Shown here one piece after another: positions 60,977 through 64,000 of a stretch of 64,000 nucleotides of DNA (position 1 is its first letter; each line of letters begins with the position of its first letter). The notes below the pieces were generated by a model. That model made no database searches. It had not been told where the DNA came from and saw only the letters and a program-made list of their open reading frames with translations. The position numbers were made by a program, and so were the translations under genes. This DNA is from the human T2T-CHM13v2.0 reference genome, Homo sapiens. The stretch lies in assembly GCF_009914755.1 (NCBI RefSeq), contig NC_060933.1; one strand, given 5' to 3'.

Positions 60977-61292
60977 AGAAAAATTACAGGCTAAGCATTC
61001 CTAGAGCAAATATGTTTTACTAATATCATATATTTACAATTTATACTCAAACTGCTTCCCAAAGATATTTGAAGCAATTTATATTAATAACTATATATAA
61101 AAAAATTCTGTTGTAGCAATGACTCTGTACCAATCAGAAAAATTACAAGCTATACATTCCTAAAGCAAATATGTTTTACTAATATTATCATATATTTATA
61201 ATTTATACTTAAACTGCTTCCCAAAGATATTCAAGCAACTTATATTAATAACTACATATAAAAAATTCTGCCGTAGCAATGACTTTGTACCA
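60977..61292. repeat. Tandem duplication of about 160 bp
   Basis: 60977-61132 and 61136-61292 align at roughly 90% by eye. Confidence 0.92.
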
Positions 61293-61349
61293 GTCACTGT
61301 TCTATTTTTTACATACGTTTCTATATCTTCATATCTGTGTTTTCTGTTT

Positions 61350-61510
61350 ATGTGTATTAACTCATTTAACTGTCCCCATTTTACAGATAAGGAGACTGAG
61401 GCACAGAAAGGTTAATTAGCTTCCCCAAGTTTACACGGCTGATGAGGGGCAGAGCCGGGATCCAAACCTAGGTAGTCTGACTTCAGAGCCCAGACCCATG
61501 CCCTCTGCCA
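61350..61510 (-). mobile_element. MIR
   Basis: ccccattttacagataaggagactgaggcacagaaaggttaa. Confidence 0.85.
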
Positions 61511-61700
61511 GCATAATTAGAGTAAAACTGGACAATTCAATATCATACAGAAGTGAGGAAGGAAACAGACCTAAGGCATCGGCTAACATAGTCATTGTGA
61601 TTAGATATTCAATGCGAGTCTCAAAGTCTTGGCAATTAAGACATAAATGGAAACATATCAGTGAGAGAAAGCCCGTCAGTTCAAAATTCCTGATGCTGAA

Positions 61701-62021
<321 letters not shown>

Positions 62022-62674
62022 TAACATCATCATGCAAATGTTTTGGGGGGCTATAAGGCCTCGACTGGTTTACTCAGGATAGTTTAGTCAGCATGTATGT
62101 GGGGGAATGGCTGGGTGTCGACTGACCTCTGAGTCTTCCTCACAGGGGCTGGTACTGCTAGCACGGAGGAAATGAGAGGGGGGGACGGGTAATGCCTTCT
62201 GGGCCAGCATGTTTGGGGCAAGCAGGGTGTACCTTATGGGGACACACTTTCTGTCAGGAGCAGAGCTGGGCCTCCAAATGAAAGGCATCTGTTGTTCTCA
62301 GGCACATTCTTGGCATTTCATTTGAGAGAAATGCCTGATGGCCAAAATACCAGCAACGTGCTTGTAAATAACAAATTCCTCAGAGTTACTGAACACATCT
62401 CATCCTCTTTTTCAAAAAAGCTTACAATCATTCTTTTGCAGCTTACATAGATGTATTGTTTGCACACCAGGGTTTTTCCTGTCAAATATAATACATTCCT
62501 TTGTATCCTCTTGCAATGATTTTGAAACACACAGTTATCTACCAGAGACTTAGTCCTGAATTCTGGCACCTGAGCATGCATTGTCATGCCTTGTGAGATT
62601 CTCATTGAGTGTGCTGTGGGAACGAGCAGGCAAGGCCCCCACTGAAAGCATGGCTGATGACATAGGGTCAGAAT

Positions 62675-63200
62675 CATTCATTCCTTCCACAAATATTTCA
62701 TGAGTTAGTTCATGGCACATGTTAGGATCTACACTGGGGATTCAATAATGAATCAGGCGTAATCGCTGAAGGAATAGAAGGTCCTTTGGAAAAGTCTGAT
62801 AGGACATATGCAACTATCATACAGAGTGATAGGTGGTAAAATAAAATTAATGACAGGGTGTTGTGGGCTCTTATTTCAGCAGGGGGCAGAAGTGAGCACA
62901 GAGAGATCCTTGAGGAGATGACATCCTAGCTGAGCAGTTGTTCTGAAGATGAGAGTAAGCAATGCTGTAGGAAAAGGCTGTTAGGAAGAAAGGGAGGCAT
63001 CAGAAAGCCTGGGACAATGGGACAGCAGGTGCTCTGGAAACTCTAAGCAGTTTGGAATGGCTGTAGCACATGCAAGAGGTGAGCTGAGGGGCATGCACTG
63101 TCTGGGTCATTTAGTGCCGTGGAGCGTGCTAATAAGTTTGGACTTTCTTTTTTTGGGCAATGTGGAGCCAATGAAGAATTTTAGGTAAGGAGGTAGCATC
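62675..63200 (-). mobile_element. L2 fragment
   Basis: cattcattccttccacaaatattt start; caatgtggagccaatgaagaattttagg. Confidence 0.65.
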
Positions 63201-63367
63201 GTCATCATCACTATCTTTTTCATTGCTCCTTTGTATGACTTATGTGTTAGACAATGTTCTAGGTGTAACATACACAGTATTGCAGTTGATTCTCCCAACA
63301 ATTCTCTGAGAGAGATACTATTATTATTTCCATTTTGCCATGCAAAGATGGGCTTTAGAGAGTAGAG

Positions 63368-64000
<633 letters not shown>

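Overview
Primate, most likely human, genomic DNA that looks intergenic or intronic. I recognise no host protein-coding exon, RNA gene or CRISPR array. Much of the window is transposable-element debris: about 20 Alu copies, MaLR/ERVL/ERV1 LTRs, old L1/L2/MIR and hAT MITEs, often nested and with readable target-site duplications (TSDs). Two young elements stand out. (1) A minus-strand HERV-H remnant (about 34087-36311) keeps an LTR7Y-type 5' LTR, a perfect tRNA-His primer-binding site and the major splice donor. It has a 7-copy 64-bp leader repeat and an ESRG/HESRG-like ORF, but has lost pro/pol/env and the 3' LTR. (2) A full-length minus-strand L1PA2-like LINE-1 (about 53294-59309) sits inside the linker of an AluSc. 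Its ORF1 is intact, its antisense ORF0 is open, and ORF2 is killed by two lesions. Other oddities: a 26/52-bp minisatellite, two MER53 MITEs, two local duplications, and a CpG- and motif-rich unique block near 25 kb. Subfamily names come from recalled consensus diagnostics, not a database search. Boundaries of old elements are approximate.
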